Assembly: GCA_043827405.1 (NCBI GenBank) | Contig: JBDRPD010000087.1 | Location: 32,001-96,000, forward strand | Source: Elusimicrobiota bacterium | Lineage (GTDB): Bacteria; Elusimicrobiota; Elusimicrobia; UBA1565 | Length of the DNA stretch: 64,000 nucleotides | Direction: 5' to 3' | Shown: one piece after another, positions 29,672-39,899 of the stretch | Position numbering within the stretch: the stretch's first letter is position 1 | Layout: every line of letters begins with the position of its first letter | Position numbers and translations under genes: made by a program | The notes under the pieces: generated by a model | The model's input: only the letters and a program-made list of their open reading frames with translations | The model's database searches: none | What the model was told of the DNA's origin: nothing

Positions 29672-30500
29672 TGCGCAGCTCCTTGACGGCGCGGTCCGCC
29701 TCGTCTTTGCCGGGGACCTTGCCGTGCCAGCCGATGTCGTTTTCCATAAATGAGACGCCCTTCCCTTTTACCGTTTTTGCGATGATCGCCAACGGCCGCT
29801 GCTGTTCCCGCCGCGCCTCGCCCAGCGCCCGCCGGATCGCGGCGAAATCGTGGCCGTTGATCTCGGCCGTATTCCAGTTGAAGGCCTGGAACTTGGCGGC
29901 GAGGGGCGCGATATCCATGATCTCCGCGACCGGTCCGTCGATCTGCCCGCCGTTGCAGTCGACGATTGCCGTCAGATTGCCCAGCTTGAACTTCGGCGCC
30001 GACATGACCGCCTCCCACACCTGGCCCTCCTGCATCTCGCCGTCTCCGAGGATGCACCAAGTGCGGTAGTCCAGCTTATCCAGACGGGCGGCCAATGCCA
30101 TGCCGACGCCGATGGATAGGCCTTGTCCCAGTGAACCGGTTGAGACCTCGATGCCGGGCAGGCGCAAGCGGTCCGGGTGTCCCTGCAGCGGGCTGTCCAG
30201 CCGGCGCAGGCGCAGCAGTTCCGTTTTAGGGAAATAGCCCGCGTGCGCCATGATGCTGTAAAGCGCCGGGCAGGCGTGCCCCTTCGAGAGGATGACACGG
30301 TCGCGCTCCGGCCAGCCGGGTTCGTCCGGCCGGTGGCGGATGAACTCGGTATAAAGCACGGACAGGATGTCGATGATCGACAGGGAGCCCCCAGGATGTC
30401 CGGAGCCGGCCCGCTCCAGCATGCGGATGATGTCGATGCGCAGTTCGCGCGTGAGCGCTTCGAGGTCGGTATTCCGTCGTTCATTCCGGACGTCGGCCAT
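29664..30500 (-). CDS. tkt: Transketolase N-terminal subunit
   Basis: GHPGGSLS, LSKGH, LQGHP, TGSLGQG and GDGE motifs; ATG at 30500. Confidence 0.93.
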   Translation of the reverse strand: MADVRNERRNTDLEALTRELRIDIIRMLERAGSGHPGGSLSIIDILSVLYTEFIRHRPDEPGWPERDRVILSKGHACPALYSIMAHAGYFPKTELLRLRRLDSPLQGHPDRLRLPGIEVSTGSLGQGLSIGVGMALAARLDKLDYRTWCILGDGEMQEGQVWEAVMSAPKFKLGNLTAIVDCNGGQIDGPVAEIMDIAPLAAKFQAFNWNTAEINGHDFAAIRRALGEARREQQRPLAIIAKTVKGKGVSFMENDIGWHGKVPGKDEADRAVKELRNG

Positions 30501-30689
30501 AAGTCTGATTCTACAATAATGCGGAATCGCGAAAATTAAATGCGCATCAATAAATCCGTCGCAAGAGCCCGCCGGTGGAAACCGCCCAAGCCGAGGCCTT
30601 CCGGGCAATAAAAACTGGGCCCAAAGCCGCCCGCCCCTGGGGCCAAATACCCTTAACCAAGAGAACGGCGCCGCTATCCTATACGCAGA

Positions 30690-31988
30690 GTGATCCAAAT
30701 AAGAACAAACGGCAAGCGCATTATCGCGTGTCTGCTCGTCCGCGCCCTGCTGCTGAATGTCGCCTGGGCCGCCGTAAAAGCGCCGAAAGCGGCGCCCGTC
30801 GGCCAAACCGGCGCCGTCCCGGTCCATATCGCCGCGCTCGGCGGCCTGCTCTCATCCCAACACGGTTTTCAGCCGGCGCTCAATACGTCGCTCCCCTCTC
30901 TCGCCGGACCGCAGAGCCCGCATACCCTGACGCCGGTCGGTATTAGAGCATCAGACCTCAAAGTGCTGACGGTATTGCCAAGCCATACCGTCAAGCCGGT
31001 CGAGACCGCGGCCAAAGCGCCGGCGCGAACGCTCACCCGCCTGCAGAAATGGTTCGGCAAGTCCGGTTCCAATAAAGAGAAAGTAAGGAATGTATGGGAC
31101 GGTGGGGGATTCCAGAACACCGCCGGAGCCGTCTCCGGGAACTACCGCGCCCCGAACCCCGGCTGGCGGTCCAGCCACGACACGCGAACCGAGGCCGAGA
31201 AGTTCACCAGCGTCCCCGGCAGCGTCTTCGACTGGAAATCCGTGGAGGACTCACCCGGCCACGGCATCCCCCCCCTGGACTGGCTCATCCGCAGGATTTA
31301 CGGCCGCAAAGACTCGCGCTTCACCCAAGGATTCGAGATGTCAAATACCGCGCGGCGGGAAGACGCGCGGGTGTTCCTCTACGGCGAGAAGCACACCGAC
31401 AAAGGGCTGATCGCCGAGAACTTCCGCCGGCTCGCACAGGACACCACGCCGGGCCGGCGCGCCGTCGTCATGGTCGAGGCCTACCTCGGTCCCAATCTCT
31501 TCGGCAGCGAGGCGCTGGGCTACCTGGCCGCGCGCGGGATGGATGTGCGCGGGATATCCCCGGAAGACGTCGAGCTGCGCACCTGGGAGACTCCCGAGAT
31601 CTACCGGGAGACCAGCCACAGCGTGCTCCAGCACCACATGAACCAGTACGATCTCAACCAGCTCATCGGCGGCGGCGGCCGCTGGTTCTCCTACTATCCG
31701 CGCCTGGCGGCCAAGATGACGCGCAACTTCCTAAGCTGGTTCACGATGCGCCGCCAAGCCATCACCCGGCGCAACGCCGAGCTCGACAAGAACCTGGGAG
31801 CGGCGCTAGGCGAGGCGGAGCGCACAGGCGGCAGCGTGCACCTGATCACCGGCGCCGAGCACCTCCTGGAACGCCCGCTCATGGCGAACATGCCCCTGCT
31901 CGGCGGCTATAAGCTCAGAAAGAGCCTGGGCGCCGTTCTCGGCGCAGTGCCCTACCAGATCAGCCGCCCTCCCGATTCGCCGGAGTAA
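30690..31988 (+). CDS. Secreted hypothetical protein with a possible EreA/ChaN/TraB-like domain
   Basis: Signal-like N-terminus and low-complexity linker, then LYGEKH..MVE..RRN..TGAEHL motif order. Confidence 0.55.
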   Translation: MIQIRTNGKRIIACLLVRALLLNVAWAAVKAPKAAPVGQTGAVPVHIAALGGLLSSQHGFQPALNTSLPSLAGPQSPHTLTPVGIRASDLKVLTVLPSHTVKPVETAAKAPARTLTRLQKWFGKSGSNKEKVRNVWDGGGFQNTAGAVSGNYRAPNPGWRSSHDTRTEAEKFTSVPGSVFDWKSVEDSPGHGIPPLDWLIRRIYGRKDSRFTQGFEMSNTARREDARVFLYGEKHTDKGLIAENFRRLAQDTTPGRRAVVMVEAYLGPNLFGSEALGYLAARGMDVRGISPEDVELRTWETPEIYRETSHSVLQHHMNQYDLNQLIGGGGRWFSYYPRLAAKMTRNFLSWFTMRRQAITRRNAELDKNLGAALGEAERTGGSVHLITGAEHLLERPLMANMPLLGGYKLRKSLGAVLGAVPYQISRPPDSPE

Positions 31989-32018
31989 GCCGGCGGCGCT
32001 TTTTGCTAATCTCCATCC

Positions 32019-34136
32019 ATGATCATCCGACCAATATTTGTTCTGCTGGCCGCTGTCGCGGCCGTCATCCTGCCGGCGCAAGCCGGCGCCGAGCAGCCCC
32101 GCCCGCCGCAAGCGAAGCGCGTATTCCAGAAGCTGGAAAAGCACGGAGTGACGCGGGTCGATCCCTACTACTGGCTCAAAGAGCGCGACAACCCGGAGGT
32201 CCTCGCCTACCTCAAAGCGGAAAACGAATACGCCGAGGCCATGCTCAAGCCGGTGCGCCGGCTGCGCCGGAAGCTGTTCGCCGAGTTCAAATCGCGCATC
32301 AAGGAAAACGAAGCCTCCGCGCCCGTCCGCAGCGGCCCCTACGTCTACTACACGCGCTACCAGAAAGGGAAGGAGTACTCCCTGCACTGCCGGCGCCGGG
32401 GCGGCATGGACGGCGCCGAAGAGGTGCTGCTCGACGTCAACAAGCTCGCCAAGGGCCACAAGTTCTTCCAGCTCGGCGCCTTCGAGATATCCGACGACCA
32501 CAACCTTGCGGCCTACTCATTCGATACCGAGGGCCGGCGCATCCACACCATCCGCGTGCGCGACCTGCGCACCGGAAAGGACCTTCCCGACCGGATCGAA
32601 AAGGTGACCAGCAACGCCGCCTGGGCCGCCGACAACAAAACGCTGTTCTACACCAAGCAGGACTCCAGCACTCTGCGCGCGGACGAGATCTACCGGCATA
32701 CGCTCGGCGGCGCGCAGGATGAGCTGGTCTACCGCGAGCAGGACGAGACCTTCTCGGTAAGCGTTTTCCGCACGCTCTCGAAACGGCACCTGCTGATTCC
32801 GTCGCAAGCGACGCTGACCACGGAGTGGCGCTACCTGCCGGCGGCCGAGCCGGACAGCGAGCCGCGCCTGTTCGCCGCCCGCCGGCGCGGCCACGAGTAC
32901 TCCGTCAGTCACGGCGGCGACCGCTGGTACGTCCTTTCCAACGACGGGGCGCGCAACTTCAAGCTCATGGAGGCGCCCGAAGACCAGACGGAGGAGAAGC
33001 ACTGGCGGGAACTGGTCGCGCACCGCCAGGACGTCTTTATCTCCGGCTTCGCGGCGTTCAAGGATTACCTCGTCCTGCAGGAGCAGGAAAACGCCCTCAA
33101 CCAGCTGCGCGTCCTGCCGCGCGGCGGCGGCGCGCCCTTCCGGCTGGATTTCCCCGACCAAGTCTACAGCGCCATGCTCGGACATAACGAGGAGTACGAC
33201 GCCGCGGCCTTCCGGCATACCTACGAGTCTTTGACCACGCCGTTCTCGCAGTACGACTTCGATCCGGCGTCGCGCCGCAGCGTCCTGGTCAAGCGCAAGG
33301 CCGTCCTCGGCGGCTTCCGGGCGGAGAACTACGATTCCCGGCGCGTCTGGGCGACGGCCGCCGACGGGGCGAAGATCCCGGTCAACCTGGTCCACAAAAA
33401 AGGCATCCAGCCCGACGGAAAGAACCCGCTGCTGCTCTACGGCTACGGCTCCTACGGGGTCAACCTCGATCCCTGGTTCAGCGCGCAGCGGCTTTCCTGG
33501 CTGGACCGCGGCGGCGTCTACGCCATCGCGCAGACCCGCGGCGGCCAGGATCTGGGACGCAAGTGGTACGAGGACGGACGGCAGATGAATAAATGGAACA
33601 CCTTCAACGACTTCATCGCCGCCGCCGAGCATCTCCAGGCGGCCGGCTGGGCGGACCCGGCGCGGACCTACGCGGAAGGCGGCAGCGCCGGCGGCCTGCT
33701 GATGGGCGCGGTGGCCAACAAGCGTCCCGACCTGTTTCACGGCCAGCTGGTCGAGGTCCCTTTCGTCGATGTCGTCACCACCATGCTCGACGACAGCATC
33801 CCGCTGACCACCTCCGAGTACGATGAATGGGGCAACCCCAACGAGAAACCGGCCTTCGACTATATGCTGTCCTACTCGCCCTACGACAATATCGAAGCCA
33901 AGGACTACCCGCACCTGCTGGTGACGGCGGGGCTGACGGACTCGCAGGTCCAGTACTGGGAGCCGGCAAAATACGCGGCCCGGCTGCGCGCCCGAAAAAC
34001 CGGCGATTCCCAGCTGCTGCTGTGGACCGAGATGAAAGCCGGGCACTCGGGCCAGGCCGGGCGCTATGAAAGCCTCAAGCTGCTGGCCATGGAGTATGCC
34101 TGGTTTATGGGGTTGGCCGGGCTGGACAAGCGGTGA
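32019..34136 (+). CDS. ptrB: Oligopeptidase B (S9A), secreted
   Basis: DPYYWL, YGYGSYG, GGSAGG, DEWGNP, DSQVQYWEPAK and AGH motifs. Confidence 0.95.
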   Translation: MIIRPIFVLLAAVAAVILPAQAGAEQPRPPQAKRVFQKLEKHGVTRVDPYYWLKERDNPEVLAYLKAENEYAEAMLKPVRRLRRKLFAEFKSRIKENEASAPVRSGPYVYYTRYQKGKEYSLHCRRRGGMDGAEEVLLDVNKLAKGHKFFQLGAFEISDDHNLAAYSFDTEGRRIHTIRVRDLRTGKDLPDRIEKVTSNAAWAADNKTLFYTKQDSSTLRADEIYRHTLGGAQDELVYREQDETFSVSVFRTLSKRHLLIPSQATLTTEWRYLPAAEPDSEPRLFAARRRGHEYSVSHGGDRWYVLSNDGARNFKLMEAPEDQTEEKHWRELVAHRQDVFISGFAAFKDYLVLQEQENALNQLRVLPRGGGAPFRLDFPDQVYSAMLGHNEEYDAAAFRHTYESLTTPFSQYDFDPASRRSVLVKRKAVLGGFRAENYDSRRVWATAADGAKIPVNLVHKKGIQPDGKNPLLLYGYGSYGVNLDPWFSAQRLSWLDRGGVYAIAQTRGGQDLGRKWYEDGRQMNKWNTFNDFIAAAEHLQAAGWADPARTYAEGGSAGGLLMGAVANKRPDLFHGQLVEVPFVDVVTTMLDDSIPLTTSEYDEWGNPNEKPAFDYMLSYSPYDNIEAKDYPHLLVTAGLTDSQVQYWEPAKYAARLRARKTGDSQLLLWTEMKAGHSGQAGRYESLKLLAMEYAWFMGLAGLDKR

Positions 34137-34813
34137 ACGCCAAAAGTTCCGAGAGCGAACTAAAGTTCGCCCTCGCCGACGGCGAGGAGTGGCTGCGCCT
34201 GGTCGATAATATCCGGCCGGTCCGCGCGACGCGGGTGCAGACCAACATCTTTCTCGACTCCCCCGGCGGGGATATCGTCGACGCCCGCGGCGCCCTGCGC
34301 GTACGGCATGAGCGGGTGTACCTCCCCGGCGGGGTCAGCCGTCCGCAAGAACACATCCTGCTGACCCTCAAGCACAGCGGCCGCAGAAAGGACGCGCTCT
34401 TCGAGCGCTTCGAGCATGAGTGCGAGATCGCGACCCCGCTGCTGGAAGTGCGGGCCAACCCCTCCCAGCTCCTCGCGCTCGACCTCGCCCCGATCACGGC
34501 GCTCAAGTCGCTGGTGCCCGATATCCGCGAGCTCAAAGTCCTCGGCGGGTTCGAGAACCTGCGCTACGAAGCCGCGGGCGAACTCGAGCTTAAAGGCAAG
34601 AAGCTGTCGATCGTCTGGGAAGCGGACCGCACGACCTTCGGCGAAGGCCGCACCGACTACGAGGTCGAGATCGAGCTCACGGACGCCGCGCAGGCGAAGA
34701 CGGTAACGGCGGCGGTGCGCGGCCGCCTGCGCGCGCTCGGCATCAAGGAACTCCCCACCCCGGAGAGCAAGTTCCGGCGCTTCCTCGGAGTTCTTAAAGA
34801 AACCTCCGCATGA
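34133..34813 (+). CDS. CYTH-domain (triphosphate tunnel) protein
   Basis: ESELKF (ExExK), FLDSP, ALRVR, LTLK and YEVEIE motifs. Confidence 0.85.
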   Translation: MNAKSSESELKFALADGEEWLRLVDNIRPVRATRVQTNIFLDSPGGDIVDARGALRVRHERVYLPGGVSRPQEHILLTLKHSGRRKDALFERFEHECEIATPLLEVRANPSQLLALDLAPITALKSLVPDIRELKVLGGFENLRYEAAGELELKGKKLSIVWEADRTTFGEGRTDYEVEIELTDAAQAKTVTAAVRGRLRALGIKELPTPESKFRRFLGVLKETSA

Positions 34814-35373
34814 GCTGGCCCGTGCTGCTCGCCGTCGCGGTCGGCCTGGCGATGGACGCCATGTCGGTCGCCTTGGCCGTGGGCGCGACGCGGCGCGAGC
34901 TCTCCCGCGGGCAGCTGTTCCGCCTGTCCTGGCACTTCGGCCTGTTTCAGGCCTTCATGCCGGCGATCGGCTGGGGCGTCGGGCAGACGATCCTGCCGTG
35001 GATTGAACGCTGGGACCACTGGGTCGCCTGCGCCCTGCTGACGCTCGTCGGCCTCAAGGCGATCCGCGAATCGCTCACCGGCGAAAGCTATGAGGCCGCG
35101 GCGGAAGATCCCACCCGCGGCTGGACGCTGCTGGCGCTCTCGGTGGCGACCAGCATCGACGCCCTGGCGGTCGGACTGAGCTTCGCGGCGCTGGGGCTCA
35201 ATATCGTCGCCCCCTGCCTGGTTATCGGCGTCGTGACCGGAGCGCTGACGCTCGCGGGCATGCTGGCCGGCGGACGCCTGGGAAAGCGTTTCGGCAGCGG
35301 TATGGGGGTGCTGGGCGGCGTGGTCCTAATCGCAATCGGAATCAAAATCGTGCTCGAGCATATGGCGGGCTAG
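34810..35373 (+). CDS. mntP: Manganese efflux pump MntP family
   Basis: GLAMDAMSV, FGLFQAFMP, DHWVA and ATSIDALAVG motifs. Confidence 0.92.
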   Translation: MSWPVLLAVAVGLAMDAMSVALAVGATRRELSRGQLFRLSWHFGLFQAFMPAIGWGVGQTILPWIERWDHWVACALLTLVGLKAIRESLTGESYEAAAEDPTRGWTLLALSVATSIDALAVGLSFAALGLNIVAPCLVIGVVTGALTLAGMLAGGRLGKRFGSGMGVLGGVVLIAIGIKIVLEHMAG

Positions 35374-35437
35374 GCCGCCCGCTTGGCCGGCCGGCACAGC
35401 GAGCGCGTCTCCGGCTTCTCGTCGAGCTTCTTCGGCA

Positions 35438-36082
35438 TCAGATCCAGGACTCCTTCTTGCGGTACTTGCGACGGGCACGCACGCTGACCAGCCGCCGCTC
35501 GGGCAGGATGAGGGCGGTCAGTGCGCCGCCGTTGACGCAGCCGGTGTCGAGGCCGACGGCATTGTCGCGGAAGACCGGCCTCTTCTTGACCCAGTGGCCG
35601 AAAACCACGAGACGCTCACCGTCATAGAGCTCGTACCAGGGAATCCCCGCCTTGCCGAGGCGCCGCAGGTTGACGAGCTCGGAGACGGGCTGGTCCATGA
35701 TCGGCACCTGCGGGTCGAAGCCGGCGTGCACGACGATGAGGTCTTTATAGAGCACGAAAGCCGGCCACGAGGCGATGTAGCGCATATAGACATCGAACTT
35801 GCGCCCCATCTGCCGGACCACCTCGAGGTCGTAGGACTTCTCGTCGGGCGTCATGCCCTTCTTCCAGTGCTTGAGAAAGCGGTACTCGTGGTTTCCCACG
35901 ACCACCTGCAGATTCCGCGTCTTCATGGCCCAATCGAGAACCGCCCGCGAGTTCGGCCCCTTGCAGATCAGGTCGCCGACGCTGATCAAGCGGTCGTCCG
36001 GCCGCAGCCGCGCCTTGCGCAGCAGCGCCAGCAGCTCGTGATAGCAGCCGTGAATATCGCCGATGATGATGGTCCGGCTCAC
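35438..36082 (-). CDS. Metallophosphoesterase, ApaH/PrpE-like
   Basis: GDIHG, GDLICKG, GNHE, VHAG, FGHW and LDTGC motifs. Confidence 0.9.
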   Translation of the reverse strand: MSRTIIIGDIHGCYHELLALLRKARLRPDDRLISVGDLICKGPNSRAVLDWAMKTRNLQVVVGNHEYRFLKHWKKGMTPDEKSYDLEVVRQMGRKFDVYMRYIASWPAFVLYKDLIVVHAGFDPQVPIMDQPVSELVNLRRLGKAGIPWYELYDGERLVVFGHWVKKRPVFRDNAVGLDTGCVNGGALTALILPERRLVSVRARRKYRKKESWI

Positions 36083-38226
36083 GGCGCGACCGCCTTGAGC
36101 GGAATGCGGTTTTCCAGGACCGTGCCCCGGTACTGCTTTTTCGCCAGCTCCTCGAGCTGAAACTGCGAGCGCACCTGCTTGTCCTCGGCCGGCAGGGGAG
36201 GCTTGAAATACGTGCCGTCCGCTCGCAGGTGCCAGGCCTTGACGTTGTCGGCGAGCGCCTTGTTGAGGATGACGTCGCGGATGTAGCGCTTGAGCGCCTC
36301 GTCCTTGACCGGGAAGGCCAGCTCGAAGCGGTTGTAGAAGTTGCGCGGCATCCAGTCGGCGCTGGAGAGATAGAGCTTGCCCTTGCCGCCGGCGCGGAAG
36401 TAGTAGATGCGGCTGTGCTCGAGAAAGCGGTCGATGATGCTGACGACGCAGATATTCTCGCTTAAGCCCCGGATGCCGGGCCGCAGGCAGCAGATGCCGC
36501 GCACCAGGAGCTCCACCTTGACCCCCGCCTGCGAGGCGTCGTAGAGCTTCCCGATGACGTCCTTGTCGACCAGCGAGTTCATCTTGGCGATGATGTGCCC
36601 GCGGCCGCCCTGGCGCTGGATTTCGATCTCGCCGTCGATAAAGGACGCCATCTTCTGGTGCAGGTTGATGGGCGCGACCAGGAGCTCGGCGAAGTCCGCG
36701 GGCTCCTGGTGGCGGATGAGCGCCGAGAAGAAAGCCGACACGTCGCGGCCCAGGGTCTCGTCGCTGGTGAGCAGCCCCGCGTCGGTGTACTGGCGCGACG
36801 TCGTCTCGTGGTAGTTGCCCGTTCCCAGGTGCAGGTAGGATATGTCCTTCCCGTCCTCGACGCGGATGATCTGGGTCGCCTTGCTGTGCACCTTGCGCCG
36901 GCCCATGGGCCGGACGACGCGGGCGCCGAAGCTGCGCAGCTCGGCGGCCCAGCGCAGGTTGTTCTGCTCGTCGAAGCGCGCCTTGATCTCGATGTAGACC
37001 GTGACCCGCTTGCCGTTCTGCGCCGCGGTCTTGAGCGCCTCCATGACCTGCGAGCGGATGCCGGTCCGGTAGAGCGTATGATAGATATGGGTAACCTGGG
37101 GGTCTTCCGCCGCCAGCTGGATGAAGTTCAGGACGATGTCGAAGGAATCGTAGGGATGGTGCAGGAGCACGTCGTGCTTGCGCACGATATCGAACAGGCG
37201 CTCCTTGCGCTGCAGCGGCGCCGGCGTCTGCGGGACCACCGCCGGGTAGCGCAGCTTGGGCTTCTGCTGATAGATGTCGGCCAACGCGCGCAGGTCGAGC
37301 GGCAGGTTGAAGCGGTAGAGCGAGCCGGAGTCCAGCCTCAGCCCCGTGGCCAAAAACAGCGCCCCCTCCGAGTAGGAAGACGCGTCGACCTCGAGGCGCA
37401 CCACCTTGGCGCGGGCCCGGCGGCCGACCGCCTCCCGGATCTGCTCCTCCAGGGTTTCGAGCTCGTCCGGACGGTACCGCAGGTCCGCCTCGCGGATCAC
37501 CTTGAAGGGGAAAGCCTCGATCACGTCCTTGCCCTTGAACAGCCGGTCCGCCCGCGCCGCCAGCCAGCGCTCGAGCAGGACGAAGTGGCTGCGGTTGCCC
37601 GGCATCTGCAGCAGCCGCGCCTCCCGGTCCCGGATGGTGATGATGGCGAACTCGCCGGGAAAGCCGACGTAGATATGCAGGCGCTCGCTGGCCAGATGCG
37701 GCAGGCCCTGGGTGCTGCGCCGCAGCACCAGCTCGAGCTCCGGCAGGTTCTCCAGAATGGTCTTGTCCAGCGGGGTTATGCGGCCGAACTCGGCGTCGAG
37801 GCGCATGCCGTGCTGGCGCAGCCCCTCGACGATCTCCTTGAAGACCACGGCCTGCCGCCCTTTCTGCCGCAGAACATGCTCGCGGACCTGGGCGTAGGTA
37901 TGCGCGGCCGTCATGCCGTCGGGCGTGCGCGCCTCGGGCTCGCGGACGGCCTTGTTCTGGAGGCCCGCTACGCGGACCATGAAGAACTCGTCGAGGTTGG
38001 AGCTGACGATGGCGGCGAAGCGCAGCCGCTCGAGCGGCGGCACCGTCGGATCGGCCGCCTCGCTGAGCACCCGGTCGTTGAACTGCAGCCAGCTCAGTTC
38101 CCGGTTGAAGAGAGTCTCCTGATACGGGATCTTCGCGGGATCGGCCGGCTGACCGGTCGGCGCTACCTGCAGGCGGCGCGTCAGCACGTCCCAGTCGATC
38201 TCCTCCGGATTGTCGCTCGCGACCAT
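36079..38226 (-). CDS. ppk1: Polyphosphate kinase 1
   Basis: NRELSWLQFNDRV, SNLDEFFMVRV, HHPYDSF, KARFDE, KVHSK, GTGNY, RFLEHSR and SADWMPRN motifs. Confidence 0.97.
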   Translation of the reverse strand: MVASDNPEEIDWDVLTRRLQVAPTGQPADPAKIPYQETLFNRELSWLQFNDRVLSEAADPTVPPLERLRFAAIVSSNLDEFFMVRVAGLQNKAVREPEARTPDGMTAAHTYAQVREHVLRQKGRQAVVFKEIVEGLRQHGMRLDAEFGRITPLDKTILENLPELELVLRRSTQGLPHLASERLHIYVGFPGEFAIITIRDREARLLQMPGNRSHFVLLERWLAARADRLFKGKDVIEAFPFKVIREADLRYRPDELETLEEQIREAVGRRARAKVVRLEVDASSYSEGALFLATGLRLDSGSLYRFNLPLDLRALADIYQQKPKLRYPAVVPQTPAPLQRKERLFDIVRKHDVLLHHPYDSFDIVLNFIQLAAEDPQVTHIYHTLYRTGIRSQVMEALKTAAQNGKRVTVYIEIKARFDEQNNLRWAAELRSFGARVVRPMGRRKVHSKATQIIRVEDGKDISYLHLGTGNYHETTSRQYTDAGLLTSDETLGRDVSAFFSALIRHQEPADFAELLVAPINLHQKMASFIDGEIEIQRQGGRGHIIAKMNSLVDKDVIGKLYDASQAGVKVELLVRGICCLRPGIRGLSENICVVSIIDRFLEHSRIYYFRAGGKGKLYLSSADWMPRNFYNRFELAFPVKDEALKRYIRDVILNKALADNVKAWHLRADGTYFKPPLPAEDKQVRSQFQLEELAKKQYRGTVLENRIPLKAVAP

Positions 38227-38313
38227 AGGCCTTTATTATATAATTCCTCGTCGATCCTCTGGTGACGACCGCTTGACCGACAGCGACAAAATTCTAATTT
38301 TTGCAGTAATAAT

Positions 38314-38829
38314 ATGAATATTCTTATTATCAGACATGCCCCGGCGGGCAACTCTGAGCAATGGCTGTCGCAGGGAAAGAAGGACTCCCTGCGGCCGCTG
38401 ACCCCCGAGGGCCGGGAGAAGATGCAGAAGACCGCCGCCGGCCTCAAGAGCCAGCTCGACGGGATCGATCTCATCGTCTCCAGCCCTTATGTCCGCTGCC
38501 GGCAGACTGTGGAAATCCTGGCGCTCGCCTTCCCCGAGGCCAAGAAAATCGAGTGGGCGGCCCTGCGCCCGGGCGGCGGCTTTAAAGATATCCCCGCCAA
38601 GCTCGCGGCCCTCAATGACGTCGCGAGCGTCGCCCTAGTCGGCCACGAGCCGACGCTGAGCCTCCTCGGCAGCCATCTGCTCTCCGGCCGGCAGGGAGCG
38701 TTCATCCGGCTGAGAAAAGGCGGCTGCGCGCTGCTGGAAGCCCCCGTGCCCGTCCGCCCGGGACGCGCCGTTCTGCAGTGGCTGCTCCAGTCCAAACAGC
38801 TCAGGAAGCTGGGTAAGAAAGCCGATTGA
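38314..38829 (+). CDS. sixA: Phosphohistidine phosphatase SixA
   Basis: RHA, RPLT, SSPYVRCRQT and VGHEP motifs. Confidence 0.9.
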   Translation: MNILIIRHAPAGNSEQWLSQGKKDSLRPLTPEGREKMQKTAAGLKSQLDGIDLIVSSPYVRCRQTVEILALAFPEAKKIEWAALRPGGGFKDIPAKLAALNDVASVALVGHEPTLSLLGSHLLSGRQGAFIRLRKGGCALLEAPVPVRPGRAVLQWLLQSKQLRKLGKKAD

Positions 38830-39869
38830 TGAAGCTTCCCGCCGACCTCCTGCGGCGGCCGGCCGCGCGCGGCGCCCGCCTGGTCTGCCTGCACCAGCTG
38901 GATATGGCCGTGCACAATGCGCCGCGCCTGCGCAACCCTGAGGACGCCGAGTCGCTGCACGATTTCCGGGTATCCCTGCGCCGGCTGCGCAGCCTCCTGA
39001 AGTGCTTCCGCCGGACCCTGCGGCCGCCCTTCCCCAGAAAGCACCTCCGCCGCATCAAGAAGATCGCCGCCGCCACCGGACAGGGCCGGGACGCCGAGGT
39101 GCAGGCGGCCTATCTCCGAAGCTGGGAAAAAAGCTTCTCTCCGGCGCACCGCAAAGGCGTCGCCTGGCTGCGCGCCCGGCTGGAGCGGCTCGCGGCCGAG
39201 AACTGCGCCGCCGCCGTCGAAGCGGCGCGGCTGGCCTTTCTGGAGTCCGCGCCGGTCCTGCGCGAAGCCTTGCCCCTGCCGGCGCGCGTCCGGCGCCCGC
39301 CGGGAGCGCCGCCCGAGCCGTGCTTCGGCGGGGAGGCGGGGAAGGCGGCGCTAAAGACCGCCGCTCTGCTCAACCGGCGGCTGACCGTCATCGGCTCGGA
39401 GCGGGATGTTGAACGCGCGCATGAAGCGCGCATCCAGGGCAAGCGCCTGCGCTACCTGCTCGAGCCGCTGCGGGACTATTCGCCGGCCTGGAAGAGGCTC
39501 CTGACGCGGCTCAAGAGCCTGCAGGATATCCTCGGCGAGCTCCACGACATGCATGTCTTGGAGGACGAGAGCGTCCGCATCGTCGAGGAGCTGGCGCTCG
39601 GCGGCGTGCGCCGGAGGCTGCGGCGGGCGCTGGGCGAAACGCCGCCGCGCGCCGCCGGCGGCGAACGCCCGTTCGATCCGACGACGGGACTGCTGCGGCT
39701 GGCGCGGCGCGTACGCGAGCGCGAGAAGCTGCTTTTCCGCCGCCTCAAGCGCAGCTGGAACGATGCGCGCCGCGCCCGGTTTTTTGGCGAGCTGAGCGCC
39801 CTGGCCGAAGGCCTCCGCCTGATGGAGCCGCTGCCTCTCCCCGCAGCGCCCCCCCGCGCACAGCGGTAA
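38826..39869 (+). CDS. CHAD-domain polyphosphate-binding protein
   Basis: LHDFRVSLRRLRS, RDAEV, HEARIQGKRLRY and LQDILGELHD motifs. Confidence 0.92.
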   Translation: MMKLPADLLRRPAARGARLVCLHQLDMAVHNAPRLRNPEDAESLHDFRVSLRRLRSLLKCFRRTLRPPFPRKHLRRIKKIAAATGQGRDAEVQAAYLRSWEKSFSPAHRKGVAWLRARLERLAAENCAAAVEAARLAFLESAPVLREALPLPARVRRPPGAPPEPCFGGEAGKAALKTAALLNRRLTVIGSERDVERAHEARIQGKRLRYLLEPLRDYSPAWKRLLTRLKSLQDILGELHDMHVLEDESVRIVEELALGGVRRRLRRALGETPPRAAGGERPFDPTTGLLRLARRVREREKLLFRRLKRSWNDARRARFFGELSALAEGLRLMEPLPLPAAPPRAQR

Positions 39870-39899
39870 CCTCCACGCGATAACTATTAGAATCTTTCC

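Noticed and set aside
34700..34810. Possible yybP-ykoY Mn riboswitch before mntP
   Set aside because: mntP overlaps the CYTH stop codon, leaving no leader
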